From NCBI RefSeq assembly GCF_037042905.1, contig NC_087250.1:8992001-9056000 (forward strand): 64,000 nt of DNA, given 5' to 3'. This document shows, piece after piece, positions 61,901-64,000 of this stretch. The notes beneath the pieces were generated by a model that worked only from the letters and a program-made list of their open reading frames with translations, did no database searches and was not told where the DNA came from. The position numbers were made by a program, and so were the translations under genes. The DNA comes from Lytechinus pictus (taxonomy: Eukaryota). Position 1 is the first letter of the stretch, and every line of letters starts with the position of its first letter.

Positions 61901-63607
61901 GTAGAAGGTTTCATTATACAACGTACGGGTAAAGAATTATGACCGTTTTAAAATCAGCCGCTGCTCACGGTTTGGTCAATTTAGGATTCCCTCGAATATC
62001 CCTGGCAGTAGAAGGGTAATGGGCCTGGCAGAGTAAGAGTTAAACTGCCGTAATGATGGACTTTGTTTCATGTTATCATCTAAAGCAGACCATACTAGAT
62101 AGCCCTGATACTTCACACTTCTCTGTCCTGTAGTGGTCCTAAAATATATGCTATGTAATTTCTTTGAGTTACGAGTATTATGACAATGGACATCACTGTT
62201 GCATTAAACCAATTTTTGAGTGACTTTGGTAGTAATCACTTTTCAGACCTGTACATGAATTCTCCAAGTTGTAACTTACACAATTCGTATATAGTTAGTA
62301 CTCTAAATTGTTTAAAAAGGTCTTTTGTGTGAGCCAAATAATGCGTTTTACCAATTATACGTAATGCACGCTTTTGCAACAGATATAATCGATTTAACAA
62401 TGTATTTGATGCATTCATCCAAAACATATTCCCATATTGTAAAGTAAGGTAGAACCAAGGTATTGTATAACAACGGTTATACATTTGATGGTAGTACAAA
62501 TTTCGGCTTTGACGCCAATTATTCTTGATATCTTCAGTGCGATATCGTTAACATGTAAAGACCATGAAAATTTGTCATCAATATTAACTCCCCCAAAACG
62601 GGTACTACTCACTTGCCTCAAGGGTTCTGATGAGTCCGCAAACAATGTAAGCTCTTATCATATTGTTTATTACATGGGACAAAATGCATGAAATTTGTTT
62701 TGTCAATGTTTATCCTTAACCCATTCACTTTATACTAATCATTTACATTTTGTATTTCTTTATTTATGTTTTGTATTAAGGTACCTAGGTCTTTTGCACT
62801 TGCAAACACATTAGTATCGTCAGCGAAAATAATGTATGAGAAAGCAGAGGATGCATTTGGTAGGTCATTTATATATAAAATGAAAAGCAAAGGCCCCAAT
62901 ATTGACCCTTGGGGTACTCCACAGGTCAGCTCTTTTTTTAGATGAAGTTGAATTGTTATAAACAACATATTGTTTTCTGTTTTTTATATAATTCTTAATC
63001 CACTGTAATGAAAAATACCTCACACCATAGTATTCCAGTTTTTATAACAAGACTTGATGAATAATTGAGTCAAATGCTTTGGATATATCTAATGATAAAC
63101 ATATGGAATGTTTGCTCTCATTAAGAGAAGTGCACATTTGATCCAAACAAAATGTGTTAAGGCTAATAAAGTTGAATGTCCTGATCTAAAACCATATTGG
63201 AAATTTGTTAGAATTTTTTTTTTCTCAATATAATCCAGCAGTCTTGAATAGAACAGTTTTTCCGAAATTTTAGAAAAGACAGGCAAGAGAGACACCGGTC
63301 TATAATTACAAAATTGGTCAGAAGAGCCTTTCTTATAGATCGGAGTCACCCGTGCCAGTTTCATACTAGAAGGAAATGTACTTGAGAACAATGAGAGGTT
63401 AAAAATATGTACCAGTGGAGCCAGAATAAAATATAGAGATTCTTTAATGATAGAAACTGTTATATTGTCATGACCAGGGCTTTTACCTATTTTCAATGCC
63501 TTTACTATCACTCAGGATACAAAATAAAAATAAAACTTAATAATATAGCATTCTCAACCATGTCAGCATTCGACATTTTACAGCTCACTATAAAAGACCC
63601 CCAAATT
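58920..63607 (-). pseudogene. 5'-truncated degenerate LINE (CR1/L2-group) ORF2 and 3' UTR, split by a TTAA element
   Basis: KSPGHDNI, YRPVSLLPVFSKISEK, QYGFR, GVPQGSILGPLLFILYINDL, FADDTN; frameshifted. The C-terminus continues across 62043/59325; (AAATG)n-like tail near 58920-58955. Confidence 0.85.
59330..62039. mobile_element. piggyBac-like non-autonomous element
   Basis: TTAA on both sides (59326-59329, 62040-62043); imperfect TIR CTCTTTAAGAGCCA vs CTCTTACTCTGCCA; removing it restores the LINE reading frame. Confidence 0.75.
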
Positions 63608-64000
63608 CCAGTGGTATTTCTTGTCTTCAATATTAGCATTTACTACCTTTCTCCGAAATTTCGTACCCCTTGTTTTACCCCCCAAAACTAAGAATTCTCT
63701 TTCTAGAAAGAGCCATATGTAAAAAATCAATAAACAGAAAAAAAGGGTTGCAAACTTTTAAAATGCTTTGGCTGTCTTTCGATATACTACATCAAACTTG
63801 GATCTTTATTACGAGCGATATACTATAAAAACCTGGATACTCACAAAACACTAGATACAACTGATTAGAAAGAGTTATAAAAACCCCACGATAATCACTT
63901 CAAATTAAGAGATAAAGCGATACATAATCGATATCCAATCGATATCTTATCTGTCATAATACTTGTACAAATTAACGTAAACGCAGCATTTTGGTAACAT
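63608..64000 (-). repeat. Paralogous copy of the PLAC8/cornifelin-like 3' UTR
   Basis: Collinear, highly similar match to ~34826-35201 in the same orientation. Confidence 0.8.

Overview
AT-rich, repeat-dense animal genomic DNA, probably an invertebrate deuterostome such as a sea urchin (inferred from repeat style, not proven). The only host protein-coding gene I can assemble is a minus-strand PLAC8/cornifelin-family gene: four coding exons at 45760-36536, 140 aa, with consistent splice phases. There are signs of a tandem paralogue cluster: a second terminal exon at 57145-57255, a second copy of the 3' UTR at 63.6-64.0 kb, and degenerate copies of the first coding exon. The most striking structure is a nested transposon stack at 12.6-24.4 kb. 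A young Ty3/Gypsy LTR retrotransposon (TSD ATAC, tRNA-Leu PBS, open gag, pol truncated in the integrase) has its 5' LTR split by a 6.25-kb near-palindrome. The palindrome consists of two inverted, non-identical copies of a ~3-kb non-autonomous TIR element, separated and flanked by three copies of one 8-bp target site (GTTCTAAC). Each copy carries a hAT-like passenger. The rest is non-autonomous DNA transposons (hAT-, Harbinger-, CACTA-, Kolobok- and piggyBac-like), tRNA-derived SINEs, degenerate LINE fragments and simple repeats. Most short ORFs in the track are spurious. All family assignments come from reading by eye; no search was run.
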